A DNA stretch of 64,000 nt from Eledone cirrhosa (lineage: Eukaryota), in contig OZ024747.1 in the NCBI GenBank assembly GCA_964016885.1, positions 59,644,001 through 59,708,000 on the forward strand, given 5' to 3'. The notes beneath the pieces are model-generated. The model saw only the letters and a program-made list of their open reading frames with translations, was not told where the DNA came from and searched no databases. Made by a program: the position numbers and the translations under genes. Shown in pieces: positions 1 through 13,197 of this stretch; position 1 is the first letter of the stretch; each line of letters starts with the position of its first letter.

Positions 1-239
1 GCGTGACGCCATCACCCTTTCCTTCCTCAGTCATCTCTAGTGTGTGACAGATGGACAGAAGTCGCTCAAATTTATATATAGAAGACCAACAGTTGCTCAT
101 GCATGCAAGTCTCCCCTTCCCCCCTCACTGATATTGCCCAACACACCTTGATATCAATATCATCAGAGACAAACTCATGCAACGGGCCAAAAGGAGTACT
201 GTAAGATGCTCTAACAATTCTGTTATTTCAGTCTTTCTG

Positions 240-330
240 ACTGGTACATTTATGTATTGTCCCACCCTACTCCCATCTCTCAAAGAATAAAAATTGAAGT
301 TGACCTCAGTGGGATTTGAACTCAACACCT
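240..330 (-). mobile_element. Degenerate fragment of tRNA-derived SINE family A
   Basis: CTGGTAC...AAGTTGACCTCAGTGGGATTTGAACTCA is the reverse complement of the B-box/body of the SINE copies at 7658 and 18756. Confidence 0.55.
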
Positions 331-2189
331 GAGGTATTTGATGACTTTACCAATTCCTTAATTTTCAACAAGGTTAGGGTTTTAAAAACCAGCAGGTTAT
401 TGTTTTAATGAAGGATGTATCTCAATAGGCTTTCTTACTATCATTTAAATTAGAAAATAGTAAGAATTCAAAAGACAATAGAGACTCTAGAAATTTCCAT
501 TCAATTTCTATTCATTACTCAATAATTGACATTTTAGCTTCCAATTTCCCACAAACTGGATGAGTAAGCATTTTTTTTGTTCTCTTTTGTCATTAAAAAA
601 AAATTATTTTATCAACTTCGAAATTATCTTTCGGAATTGATTATTATTTATTGTAAGATTACCTCCCTTGATAGTGTTCCCCAAAATAGAAAGCAAATTA
701 CTCTTCTGTAACTTATTCTAAATTACCTATACACTTTAAGCTTTGTTACTGTAAATTTATTAGAAATACTTTGTAAAGGTCTTTGTCTACCATATTAAAC
801 TTCCTTAATATGAAATAGCACTGCTTTGTTTTCAGTTGGAAAAAGTAAGGAAGGATGAAAACCTTATGAAAGTGGGCTATCTACTTAGTGATATTGTCGA
901 TATTCATTTTAACTAATATATTCTTTCTTGCCTCATTATTATGTAGCTTTACTGAAATAATACATTCTTCATATTATATACAAATTTAATTATCATTAAA
1001 TGTGTCTTTATTCATTCTGTAAAACACACACACACCACCCACAACTTTGAGATAATTAAAATTGTTATATATATATATATGTGTGTGTTTTTTATGTTAC
1101 TATTTTACTATAGTGTGTTCTTCCCCTTTCCTTTTCTCTTCAGAAATTATTAGTTTTTAAAGCTTTATAATCAATGAAGGACAGCAACAATAAGAAGGAA
1201 TTTTTGTTTCGGCTTACTGGAAATAAATGGCAAAAGGAATAATTTAATAAAAGTCTGAGTAATTCTTGTGTATAGGATCGGAGGCACCATATCTATGCAG
1301 TGCACTGTTGTTCTGTTGTATTCATCACTGATACCATTCTATTGGCATGGCTTTAAAAATAAAATCGTTTTTATCTGGCGAAGCTGTAATGCCATAGCTG
1401 GAATTGCAATGTAATTTATTCTAAGCCATGAGCTATTTATGAAGAGAATCAGCTAGGCAACCAGATGCAATTTAGTTGTAGTTCTCCAAATCAAGATTCC
1501 TTTTTCTGCCACCATTCTTTGTTATTCCCATTCTAACATAGCAGAAGACAGCATCAATTTATTTTTACACTAAATCAAAAGCAATTTTAAACCTTTTGAC
1601 ATTGTTTCTTTTCTTTTCACATCAATTACTTAAAAAGTTTTCGATTTATTTTAGAAAAAAAAAAACGTAGTAAAACAACAACAACAAACGAGAAAGGTAA
1701 AATAAATAGAATTGGTTGAGTATCTTTTTCTTTCTAAATTATGGTAATGTTAAGATATTCCCTGGTAGCTATTAATCTCTGGTTTCGTGTCACTCTTAGA
1801 AAGCCGCCACCCCACACCCCACCCTCAAGATTAGTTATTGTTTTCTGGTTACTAATACCTTTTATCAATAGAGACAAGCGGAAATCTTAGCTAAAATGTG
1901 ATAGTTATTACCCTACAGCTAGAATCACTTCTATTATTTATTGATTTATTCCTGCTGTTTGTGTGTGGGGAGTGGGTGGAGTGATGAGGAAGAAGTCTTT
2001 AATATTAACTGCTTAGTTTAAATGAAATACCTATATAATTATTAAATGGCTGATATATTTACTCTAAGTTTCATGAGCAATAACCATCTATTTCTAGAAA
2101 TCTTCAACACATCCAAAATTTTTATATTACATTATACATACATTATCATCATCGTTTTACATCCATTCTTCCACGCTAGCATGGGTTAG

Positions 2190-2381
2190 ACATACATATA
2201 TATATATATATACACACATATATATATAATATATAATATATATAAATATATGCGTATATATATATTTACACACACACACACACATATATATATATACACA
2301 CATATATATATAATATATATATGTGTATATATGTATTTACACACACACACACACACATATACATATATACATACATACATA

Positions 2382-2437
<56 letters not shown>

Positions 2438-2560
2438 ATATATATAAACATATATATACATATACACACACACACACATATATATAATATATATAAACAT
2501 ATATATATATATATCTACATAAACTCACACACACATATATATAGACACATACAAATATAG
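2190..2560. repeat. (TA)n/(CA)n compound microsatellite
   Basis: Directly visible dinucleotide runs; the overlapping ORFs are artefacts. Confidence 0.95.
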
Positions 2561-2884
2561 ACATTTTGTTTCTTCATTTCTCCGAAATAATTTAATATTT
2601 ATAAGAGATTCACATTGAGAGTATGTAGCACAATTTTCAATAAAATTTATTACCTGTAAAGTAATATAACCAGTATTAAAGTGTGTATGGAATTGTTTGA
2701 AAAGTATTATGTGAAATAGTATTGATGCTACTTTCCGTATATAGTGGATTGCTTTCTTATTTCTTTTTATTTAATAGTACTGTTTAAGGTTGATAACATT
2801 TTAGCTATATATATATTATATATATATTATATATAATGTTTATATATATTATATGTATATATATATATAATGCATATATGTATG

Positions 2885-2956
<72 letters not shown>

Positions 2957-3077
2957 CACTCGCTTGATATTTAAGTATACAGCTTCAAAGATACTTAAGT
3001 TTCATGGGGTTTTTCAGAAGGAAAATTCCATTATCAGAGAGCTTTTGCCCATTATCCAAATCTTTGGTTTCTGAAAG

Positions 3078-3120
<43 letters not shown>

Positions 3121-3219
3121 AAAATGAAGTTTCGTTTACATGTATTTAGTGTTTTATTGTGAATCAACCTCTTATGCATGTTTCACAGATGATAAAGACT
3201 AAAGTGTTTAATCTACACT

Positions 3220-4010
3220 GTTGCCTCCATCTTTGAAGGAAAATGTTGAAAACTTCAACAGCAGATATGACTTCATTATCACTGTGATAGTGGTCCCCAT
3301 CCAAGTGTTTTTTTCATGTTGTTTAACAGATGATTGTCAGATGGGGCCAGATCTGGGGAATAGGGAGGGTGATCAACCAGTTCAAAGTGACAATCACGCA
3401 TAGTATCCATTAAATCAAAGGACTTGTATGTTGAAGCATTGTCCTGATGAAACAAGATGCTTTTTGTCAGTTTTCTTGGGCATTTGGTCTTGATAGCCTT
3501 TTGAAACTGCCTCAGCAAGTTGGCATAGTACTCTCCATGGGATATGCTAATAGCATAGACTATTTGATTTGTATTCAATCGCCTGTCATCCATCATCCTT
3601 TGGTGAGAACGATCACTATTTTCCTCGGTGGTGGTGGTAATTGCAGGATGTCCTGACCTTGGGTCATCTTCAAGATTTTCCCTTCTCCTCCTAAATTAGA
3701 GCTGACCACTTTTGCACTCTTGATAAAGCAAGAACATCATCCCCTAATATAGCAACTATGTCAGCATGGATGTCCTTAAGATCTAAACCCTTTTTCTCCT
3801 GATACTTGGTAACACCACATTGCCAAATTTTGCCTGTTTTCAAGAGAAGTCGCTACTAGTTAGATTTGGAGTCTCCTTTGAAATGTCAGATGTCAGTTTA
3901 CTTGCAAAGAAACAAGGCAGTTATTAATCAGATGAAATGAATACATGCAAGATTTCACAGCTCTCGCATCACTTGTTCATAGATTATGAACTTTTCAGCC
4001 CACCCTAGTA
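3220..4010 (-). mobile_element. Mariner (DD34D) DNA transposon remnant, internally deleted, 3' TIR missing
   Basis: ORF 3279-3596 has HQDNA...HPPYSPDLAPSD with exactly 34 residues between the two Asp. TIR TATGAACTTTTCAGCCCACCCTAG plus TA at 3985-4010. Collinear with the copy at 11643-12866. Confidence 0.92.
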
Positions 4011-4079
4011 CATATATGATTTAGGTGTATATGTATACATCTATGAAACCAGTGATAATGTAGAGGCAAGCTAAACTGT

Positions 4080-5110
4080 TACACACACACACACACACAT
4101 CACAGCCACCACCACCACCACACGTCACCACCACACGTCACCACCACCACCACACGTCGCCACCACCCCCACACGTTGCCACCACCCCCACACGTCGCCC
4201 CCACCATCACACGTCGCCACCACCATCACACGTCGCCACCACCATCACACGTCGCCACCACCATCATACGTCGCCACCACCATCACACGTCGCCACCACC
4301 ATCACACGTCGCCCCCACCATCACACGTCGCCCCCACCATCACCACACGTCACCACCACCACCACACGTCACCACCACCACCACACGTCACCACCACCAT
4401 CACACGTCACCCCTACCATCACACGTCACCCCCACCATCACACGTCGCCCCCACCATCACATGTCACCCCCACCATCACACGTCACCCCCACCATCACAC
4501 GTCACCACCACCACCATCACGTCACCACCACCATCACGTCACCACCACCATCACGTCACCACCACCACCACACGTCACCACCACCACCACACGTCACCCC
4601 CCTCACCACACGTCGCCTCCACCCCCACACACCACCACCACCACACGTCGCCACCACCATAACACGTCCCCACCACCGTCACACGTCGCCTCCACCCCCA
4701 CACACCTCCACCCCCACACACCACCACCATCACACGTCACCACCACCATCACACATCACCACCACACGTCACCATCACACGTCACCACCATCATCACACG
4801 TCACCTCCACCATCACACGTCACCACCACCATCACACGTCACCACCTCCACCTTCACACGTCACCACCTCCACCATCACACGTCACCACCACCATCACAC
4901 GTCACCACCTCCACCATCACACGTCACCACCTCCACCATCACACGTCACCACCTCCACCTTCACACGTCACCACCTCCACCATCACACGTCACCACCACC
5001 ATCACACGTCACCACCTCCACCTTCACACGTCACCACCTCCACCATCACCCGTCACCACCACACGTCACCACCACCACCATCACACGTCGCCCCCCACAC
5101 ACCACCACCA
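4080..5110. repeat. C/A-rich minisatellite, ~15-21 bp unit CACACGTC(ACC)nAT
   Basis: Directly visible tandem units; the 313-aa PPPPHV ORF is its translation. Confidence 0.93.
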
Positions 5111-5137
5111 GTTCTAAACTGGGTACACATGGTATAA

Positions 5138-5347
5138 CCCTTTAGTATCCACATTACTCTATATTTACTATTATATTTTTATGGTAAAGGCTTTACCTCA
5201 CATAATATCGAACCTATGAGATTTTGAAAGTATTTATTTTGAGAACAATACCTTAACATCAGTATGAGTGACCAGTTACAGCCAGTTTCAACAGAAAGAG
5301 GTAGAGAATTCCGACCGGTTTTGGCCGGTTTGAACATTAATGGTATA
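5138..5347 (+). mobile_element. TTAA-flanked piggyBac-like MITE (degenerate copy)
   Basis: Starts ATAA/CCCTTTAGTATCCACATTACTCT; body matches the copies at 17791 and 51598. Confidence 0.75.
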
Positions 5348-5484
5348 AAATAGCTGGAAATTTATTGATAACAATATGGTATCTATACAATTTATAGGTG
5401 TCACTAATAATAAAGAGGGTTTTATAAATAAGGGGGTGAATATATTTGGGGGTTTTAAGAGTTTAAATTGGTTGTTGAAGTTAC

Positions 5485-5790
5485 TCCCCTCCTCTCCCTC
5501 TCTTTCTATCTCTCTATCTCTCTCCCTCTCTACCCCCTCTCTCCCTCTCTACACCTGCCCCCTCTCCATCTCTCCTCCTCTCTCTCTCCCTCTCTACCCA
5601 CCTCTCTCTCCCTCCCCACCTCTCTCTCCCTCTCTACCCACCCTTCTCTACCCCCTTTCTCCCTCTCTACCCCTGCCCCTCTCTACCCCCTCTCTACCTC
5701 TCTACCCACTCTCTCTCCCTCTCCCCCCATCTACCCCCTCTCTACCACCCCTACCCCTCCATCTACACCCCCTCTACCCACCCTTCTCCA
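5485..5790. repeat. CT-rich low-complexity tract
   Basis: Polypyrimidine CCCTCT/CTAC repeats. Confidence 0.9.
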
Positions 5791-5837
5791 ATAATCTAGA
5801 ATCTCTCAGTTCAAAAGAATAATGTTTGATAGCGAAA

Positions 5838-5950
5838 CATGAGTGGCTTAGTGGTTAAGGTGTTGGACTCAAAATCATAAGGTCATGGGTTTGGTTTCTG
5901 GACCAGCTTGTACATTGTGTTCTTGAGCAAGACACTTGCTTCATTTTATT
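5838..5950 (+). mobile_element. tRNA-headed SINE with CORE-like domain (old copy)
   Basis: A-box-like TGGCTTAGTGG followed by TGTGTTCTTGAGCAAGACACTT, as in the copies at 38352 and 57082. Confidence 0.65.
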
Positions 5951-6350
5951 TTGCTTTTCCTGATAAAGAGTGGAGACCCTGATCATTAAGACACCTGAGA
6001 AACCTTCAGTGCAACCCAATGCTTTTAGGTGGCCAGATAAACTTGTGTAGGTGTGAACTGTAAATTTCATTTTCCATTTCATTCAGTACACTAATTATAT
6101 ATTTGCTTCAGACAGGTACTTATATTTTAGCACAGCATGGTTTGTATATAGATTCTGAATAATTTAAACCTTCCCAGAAATTTCAATCTCTTATTGAAAA
6201 AAAATGCAATGTGTTAGTTGCAATTTGATTAAAAGTGACAACATATATTGTACATACAAAGAATATTTGAAAGAATATGACTACAATAAAATCATGCTGT
6301 CAGCATAATTTTTCCAATAAAATTGTTTCGACTAAAAACTTTAATTTTTA

Positions 6351-6762
6351 CCCCTTTACCATTTACATTACTCTATCTATATTATTATATTTAATATTAT
6401 ATTTTCATGGCAAAGGCTTTACCTCACATAAATATCTCTCATTGGCAGTATCGGTAGAGGGTCGGATGCCATGCTTTGACGCATAGAGTTACGGCCCTTG
6501 CCATTCTGAGTTCAAATCCCGCCGAGGTTAACTTTGCCTTTCATCCTTACGGGGTCGATAAAATAAAGTACCAGTAATACACTGGGAAATTGCTGGCCTT
6601 GTGCCAAAAGTAGAAACAATTATATTGAATCTATGACATTTTGATATTACATATATTGAGAATAATACCTTAACGTCAGTATGAGTGGCCAATTATGACT
6701 GGTTTGAACAAAAAGAGGTGAGAGAATTCTGGCTGGATATGGCCAGTTTAAATGCTAAAGGG
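6351..6762 (+). mobile_element. TTAA-flanked piggyBac-like MITE interrupted by a SINE
   Basis: CCCCTTTACCATTTA...TAAATGCTAAAGGG/TTAA; the MITE halves rejoin when 6441-6622 is removed. Confidence 0.85.
6441..6622 (+). mobile_element. tRNA-derived SINE family A nested in MITE
   Basis: A box TGGCAGTATCGG, B box GAGTTCAAATCCC, body CTTTGCCTTTCATCCTTACGGGGTCGATAAAATAAAGTACCAG, tail GAAACAATTAT. Confidence 0.9.
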
Positions 6763-7657
6763 TTAACATCCTGTACCACATGAAACTGCAGTATTCAGAC
6801 AATCTTGAAAATCATCATCATCATCATCATCATCATTTTAAAAAATGTCCTCATATTACATATAATACTTTTCAAACAATAAAACTATAAAACTGGACTA
6901 TGACTGCATCACAATAAAAAGTAATGTCTTTACTCTAAAACAGCAAATTTTTCTCAACCATCTGTCCATTAGTAAATATACGATAAACATTTGAATTAAC
7001 AAACCCATTTAAAAAAATATTTTTCGCTAAATCTTTACAGAATATCAAATGTTAACATGAACATAGAACATTCCAGATTGATTTCTAAAGGTTGTTGTTG
7101 ATAATTAGGGTTTTATTTCTGGCTTTTGATAGGTGTTTGTTTGTTTTTTCCCTGTTTGTATGATTGTTTTTCTCATATTTTCACTGAGTAAGAAGAGAAT
7201 TCATATTCAGTGGATTGATCAACAGAAATAAGTGGACATAATCAAAGAAATATGTAGAAATAAAAAAGCAATATAGAAGTGGATAGTTTGATTATCGTCA
7301 AGTATTTCTTGTTATATTCAGTTAGAAACACCAGAAGCAAAACAAGGAAACATAGGATATTCAGAAAATAGATTTTTGGAAAGCATTCAATCTGGTATGA
7401 GTGGAATGAATGCTTCAACCAATGAACACACCTTCGGCAAATATTATTAACAAAGGAATTGTTTGTGGATTTTGACGGCATTTAGTGCAGATTTTGACAT
7501 TAATGTTGTTCAGCATGTGATTCCTATAGCAATAACAACAGATTTGTTAGCAACATAAAGAATACAGAGCTTCGAAGGAAACACAGTGGATCAAAAAGTA
7601 TGGTTAATATTGTTGAAAAGATTTAGAACAAAAAGCATTATTAAAATAAATATGGAT

Positions 7658-7847
7658 GGCAGTGGATTGGCAGTATCAGTAGAGAGTCGGACGCCATGCT
7701 TTCCAGCATAGTTACGTCCCTTTACGGTTTGAGTTCAAATCCCGCCGAGGTTAACTTTGCCTTTCATCCTTACGGGGTCGATAAAATAAAGTACCAGTAA
7801 TGTACTGGGTAATTGCTGGCCTTGTGCCAAATGTAGAAACAATTATT
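7658..7847 (+). mobile_element. tRNA-derived SINE family A, near full length, with TSD
   Basis: A/B boxes and conserved body. Flanking direct repeat ATTATTAAAATAAATATG(G/T)ATGG at 7637-7659 and 7842-7864. The body resembles the Meta-SINE central domain (from memory, unverified). Confidence 0.92.
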
Positions 7848-8189
7848 AAAATAAATATGTATGGTTGCTATTTTTTTTTTTTTTTTTTTTTTTTACATTC
7901 CACTGTTGCTCCAATCCCAAGAACCTGAATTTCTGTAAACAATGATCTAAACATATCTGGTAGTAGCATCATAAACCTGTTTCCATTTGTTTTCCATGCT
8001 TGCATGGGCTGGATGAAATATTTCGGGGCAGGTTTTCTGCAGTAGGATGTTCTTCCTGATGCCAATCCATACCTTATTCCAATTATGGTACATACTGCTG
8101 CTGAACCACTACAATGACACATAAACAACTGTCAGCAAAGGTGTTCTGTCTGTGAACTCTCCATCTCTTTCTCTCTGTATATCTATTAT

Positions 8190-8456
8190 AAAAGGCAGTG
8201 AATTGACAGTCTGGTTAGAACATTGGCTAGAATGCTTTACAGTATTCGTTCCGGCTCTCTGCTCTTGGAGTTAAAATCCCACCGAGGTTAACTTTGCCTT
8301 TCATCCTTTCGAGGTCGATAAAAAAAGTACCAGTGGAAGAAATCTGCTGTACTCAGGCCTGGAGAGTGATGGGCTCTGCCAGGCTTAAAATGCGATGCCA
8401 TATGCCAATACAGCACTCCTACGACTCTATCAGGAGTTACAGGAGCATACATACAT
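8190..8456 (+). mobile_element. SINE family A variant with alternative 3' tail
   Basis: Family A head/body to 8335, then GAAGAAATCTGCTGTACTCAGGCCTGGAGAG...GGAGTTACAGGAG(CATA)n. Same structure on the minus strand at 60382-60668. Confidence 0.8.
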
Positions 8457-9699
8457 ATATAAACATGCAAGCACATATGCCCATAAGTGGAGATTTGAAC
8501 CAGTACATTGTACCAGGGTCTGGAGAGCCAAGAGAGATCTGTGAATAAGTGACAGTTCTCATCATTATCATCATCAATTCAATTTTCCATCTTTCATGGT
8601 GAGACAGGTTATTACATTTTGATACTAGTCACCTCAGGTGATCATATCTTGCTCTTACATACATTGTAGAATGGCTTCTATTGTTAGATGCCTTTCCTAA
8701 TGCCAAATGTTGTAAAGCATATAGTAGGGGCATTTTATTGAGGCAACATCACAACTACCTTGTATGGTAGACTGGGTGCTTTTTATTCATGGCATCAGCA
8801 CTTCCACTTTCCAGAGTGTGTTGGGTACATTTTATCGTGGCATCAGCACTCAAAAAGCATGCAACCCACAGCCAACCTTCCTCAGTTCAGTTTTGAGTAT
8901 AGAAACCTATATACCCCTCATCCTTTGCACAACAGCTCTCTTGTTATGCTTTACAAAATTTCTCTCGGAAGTCCTAGCATGCATATTTATACAGATCATT
9001 TAAATGGCCATGCATACAGTTTTTCAAACATAGAAACATAAGCAATCATATTTTCATTGGTGAAAACTTGGATGTAAATGCAGCAACATGCATCCAAACC
9101 TATTTACTCATGCAAACAGCAGATAGCTGTCACCTTCTATATGAACTCTATGTACAGTCATGTATACAGTAACTATCATCTTTTAATATCACAACAGTCA
9201 TTTATGCATGAAAGCAAATCAGTGTTATCCTCTTCTTAAGCTGTCTTTAAATATATTTTATCTGTTTACTGTGTTCATGCAGAATATCAGGCATTTGGTT
9301 CCAATCCAGTTAATATCTAGCAAGTCTTTTATCTCAGTTCCATAAATAGGATAAATATTTATAATATGCTAGATTTAAGGCTGTTCCTTTATGTCAAATA
9401 AGTCATTATCACGTTTCTCTAGTTTATTCTTAGCAATTACAAGAGTTACCATAAAACATGTTTGCTTTCCTTTAGATCGAAGAATTATATCAGCATAAAT
9501 TTTAGTGAGTAAAAAGTAGTTCCCTGGAGGCTGTACTGAGTTGTAAAAACAAATAACACTGCTTACAATAGTTTGAGCAAATTGCCCACCATGTTTAAAT
9601 GGAAAGGATTTACTCACCACTTCAATACCCACACAACTGCAATAAGAAAAGAAAATATGCTTTCATGCATTGCATAGCTATCAAACTCCCCTGTGAAAA

Positions 9700-9930
9700 A
9701 TGAAAATGAAATGAAATTTATAGCTCACACTTACATAGGTTTAGCTTACCACCTATGAGGTTATATCTCTAAGATTTCTTGGATGGTTTAATGACAGGGG
9801 GGATGGGGCTAACCTATTGTGAAAAGCAATGTGAAATGAAGCTTCTTGCTCAAGATCACAAAGCTTCTTGACGAGCAATCTAAACCACAAACTTATGATG
9901 GAGTCCAAGCCCCTAACCACTTGACCATAT
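9700..9930 (-). mobile_element. Old tRNA/CORE-like SINE
   Basis: TCTTGCTCAAGATCACAA...CTTATGATGGAGTCCAAGCCCCTAACCACTTGACCA is the reverse complement of the head seen at 5838. Confidence 0.55.
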
Positions 9931-11373
9931 ACCTTTACAAACTAAAAGCAAATGAAACAATAACTCTACTGCTTCTAAATTGTATCAAATATTTTGGGAG
10001 TGGAGGTCTCTTGGTACAGGGTTCTTTAGCAAATTTACGAGATTTTCAGACCATAGTGGTTGGTGTTATTTAGCTCAGGCTATCCCAGATTGAACAAGCC
10101 TATCACCAAAGATGTTCTGGCTGTGAACACTCCATCTTTTTTTATACCTAGAATTACATTATCTATAAGCCCTTTTTCTTATGACCACAATTTGTGATTT
10201 CTTTAATTCAATTGTTTTTTTTAACAGGTCAAGCAACCAACTAAAACTTAAACCTTGCCAACAGCATTGGATGTGCTTTTTCGTAGCAGGGCTAAGTATT
10301 GTTAGCTTCTAACACACCACTGCTTACAAGATAGATGATTGGTTTGGTTTGGGGAATATAATCCAGTAGTAGGACATCATCATTGTCATTTAACATACAT
10401 TTTTCCATCCTAGCATGAGTTGAACAGGTTGTCATACGTCAAGCCAGCAGTCAATAGGAGCCACTGTCCTCACAGATGGGCTGGATGCCACATCTCATGT
10501 ATATTTCTACTTTTTACAGAGTCCATTGGATGCAATTTATCACGACACCAGCATTACTGAGGCTGTTGTACCTTTGACGCAACTGATGGATCCACTCAAC
10601 CCTAAATTGGCTCCGAAATATACATTTATTTAGTATATTTTATGTCTTGCAATTTCTTCATCATCATTTTACATCCTGTTCCTACACTAGCATAGATTGG
10701 ACAGGTCAATAAATTTCAAGTCAACACTTATTTGAAGTTACTGCTCTCTGTTGGCTGAGCATGTTTTATTGTGGAACCTACACTACCATTTTCCAATGTG
10801 AACTGAAAGGTTTATAGGCTGACTATATAGGAGTGATACTAGGGATGTAAAATCTTGCATGCATTAGTTTCAAATCTTCTTATTAATAACTGTGTTTCCA
10901 AGTAAACTGACATTTGATTGTTCAAAGAAAACTTCAAATATAACTAGTAGTGACTTCTCTTGAAAATCGACTTAAGTCCAATTTTCAGCATGGTTTCTAT
11001 GGCTGAATTCCCTTACTAACACCAACCACCTTGTAAAGTGCACCAGGTTCATTTTATCATGGCACCAACATTACAAAGATCTGGATGTTTTGGTAATACA
11101 CAATGGTTATCTAGACACTACATTGTCTCCATTCATTCACAAACCACTTTACATAATGTATTGTAAAGTATTTAATTTATAACATGAACAAAACATTACA
11201 TGTAGCCGCCATGTTAGAAACAAAACATTTGATATATTATTGACTTAGCTTTTAATTTTCTAATGTTGATAAAAAAAATAAAATTAATGCTAGAATGAGT
11301 TGATCAATATTTCTCCTGTCTTAGAAAAATATAGTGCTTTGCAAAGAAATACCAAACTCTATAGTTGAAATAG

Positions 11374-11560
11374 TTAACCCACTCAATACCATATTTCTAA
11401 TGAAAGACAGTCTATGGTTTTCATATCATTTTGAAAATAAACAAGAATTTTGAGTTATTTTATAGCATAACTAACTTTCTTATTATTATTATGCTGGTGT
11501 TTTGCTGGACTTGTGCCTTTATAAGAAACTATTATTATGCTGGTGTTTGGATCATAGCTT
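11374..11560 (+). mobile_element. Second dispersed TTAACC-initiated repeat family (MITE-like remnant)
   Basis: TTAACC...ATATTTCTAATGAAAGACA...TTTTGAAAATAA...GCTGGTGTTTGG recurs at about 42040, 45548 and 60213. Confidence 0.55.
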
Positions 11561-11642
11561 AACAGAGGAAAGTGGTAGTGTTGATTCCACAATAAAATGT
11601 GGTCAGCCCATACTGGAAAGTGGTAGTCCTGATTCCACAATA

Positions 11643-12866
11643 TGAGGGTTGGCTGAAAAGTTCATAGGCTGACCAAGATACTCTCATGGAATGTGACCAA
11701 ATGAGGTTTATTTTTCAACATAATTCCACTACACTACAGTTCATGCACTTCTCTCATCAGTGTTGCATTCCTTAAATCCCATTGGTGAAGAAGCTTTCAT
11801 CCTGTTGGTAAAAAAAGTCATCAACAGCAGATATGACTTCATCATCACTGCGATAATGGTCCCAGCCAAGTGTTTTTCATGTTGGGGAACAGATGATAGA
11901 TGTTGTCAAATCAGAATAGGGAGGGTTCAAAGCTACAGTTCAAAGCTACAGTTACACACAGCAGCCATTGAAACCGAGGACTTGTGTGCTAGAGCATTGT
12001 CCTGATGAAACAAGACCCCTTTCATCAGTTTTCATGGGCGTTTGATCTCAGCAAGTTGGCATAGTACTCTCCATTAATGGTGTGGCTCTTTTGAAGACAG
12101 TCAGTAAACAATACCTTTTGCATCCCCCAAAACTGAGGCTGTGACCTTCCCTGAAGATGAAAGGACCTTGGCCTTCTTTGGAGCAGGTGAAGAGGGATAT
12201 TTCTACTGCATGTATTTTTTTCTTTGTATCTGACTTAAAGTCATGAAACCAACACTCATCCTGGTTAGGAAACATTCAAGGAAACCAGCTGGATCTGTCT
12301 CAAACAATGTTAGATTTTCCCGTGATGTGATCAGCCTGATGTGCTTTTGATCTAGGGTCAGAAGACACGGCACCTACCAGGCAGAAACCTTCATCCTGCC
12401 AAATCCTTTGTGAAGAATATTCTCAACTCTATCATGAGATATACTATAGTCAATTGCCTGTCATCCATCACCATGTAGTGAACCATGTTTTCTTCAGTGT
12501 TTGCAGTTGCAGGATGTCCAAACCTTGGGTTATCTTCAGGACTCTCCTTTCCCCTCCTAAATTCAGCTGTTGTTAAAGCTGGATGTCATCCCCTAATGTA
12601 GCAACCATATCAACATGAATGTTCTTGGGGGCTAAACTCTTTTTCTCCTGATACTTAATAACACCACAATGCCAAATTTTGTCGATTTTCAAGAGAAGTC
12701 ACTACTTGTTATATTTGAAGTCTTCTTTGAACTGTCAGATGTCAGTTTACATTGAGAGAAACAATACAGTTATGTATATGAAAGATTAAAATAAATGCAT
12801 GCAAGATTTCACAGCTCTAGCATCACCCCTTCATAGTCAGCCTATAAACTTTTCAGTCCACTCTTG
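11643..12866 (-). mobile_element. Near full-length mariner transposon (~1.22 kb), transposase pseudogenised
   Basis: TIRs TGAGGGTTGGCTGAAAAGTTCATAGGCTGAC and GTCAGCCTATAAACTTTTCAGTCCACTCTTG. TA duplication at 11641-11642 and 12867-12868. QDECWFHDF (first catalytic Asp region) in ORF 12048-12275; frameshifted. Confidence 0.95.
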
Positions 12867-13197
12867 TAACATGTGCTCAGCCCACACTGGAAAGTGGTGG
12901 TATTGGTTCCACGATAAAATGTACTCTACCCACACTGAAAAATTGTAGTGTTGGTTCCGCAACAAAATATTTCCAGGCAACACTAGAAAGTGGTAGTGCT
13001 GGTGCCATGATAAAATGCACTCAGTCTTCTGTCAGGTGGTAGTGTTGGTGCCATGAGCAACAAACTTGGTTCACACCATGAAGTGTTTGGAATTAGGAAG
13101 GCTATCCAGCCACAGGAACCATGCTAGAATGGAATGTATGAGCAAGATGCAGTCATCAGACCTGTCTAGCCTCAGGGCATGGCAAACTGTCTAACCC

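Noticed and set aside
4176-5117. 313-aa Pro/His/Thr-rich (extensin-like) protein
   Set aside because: It is the translation of a C/A-rich minisatellite that cannot easily contain stops. TTG start, no splice or gene context.
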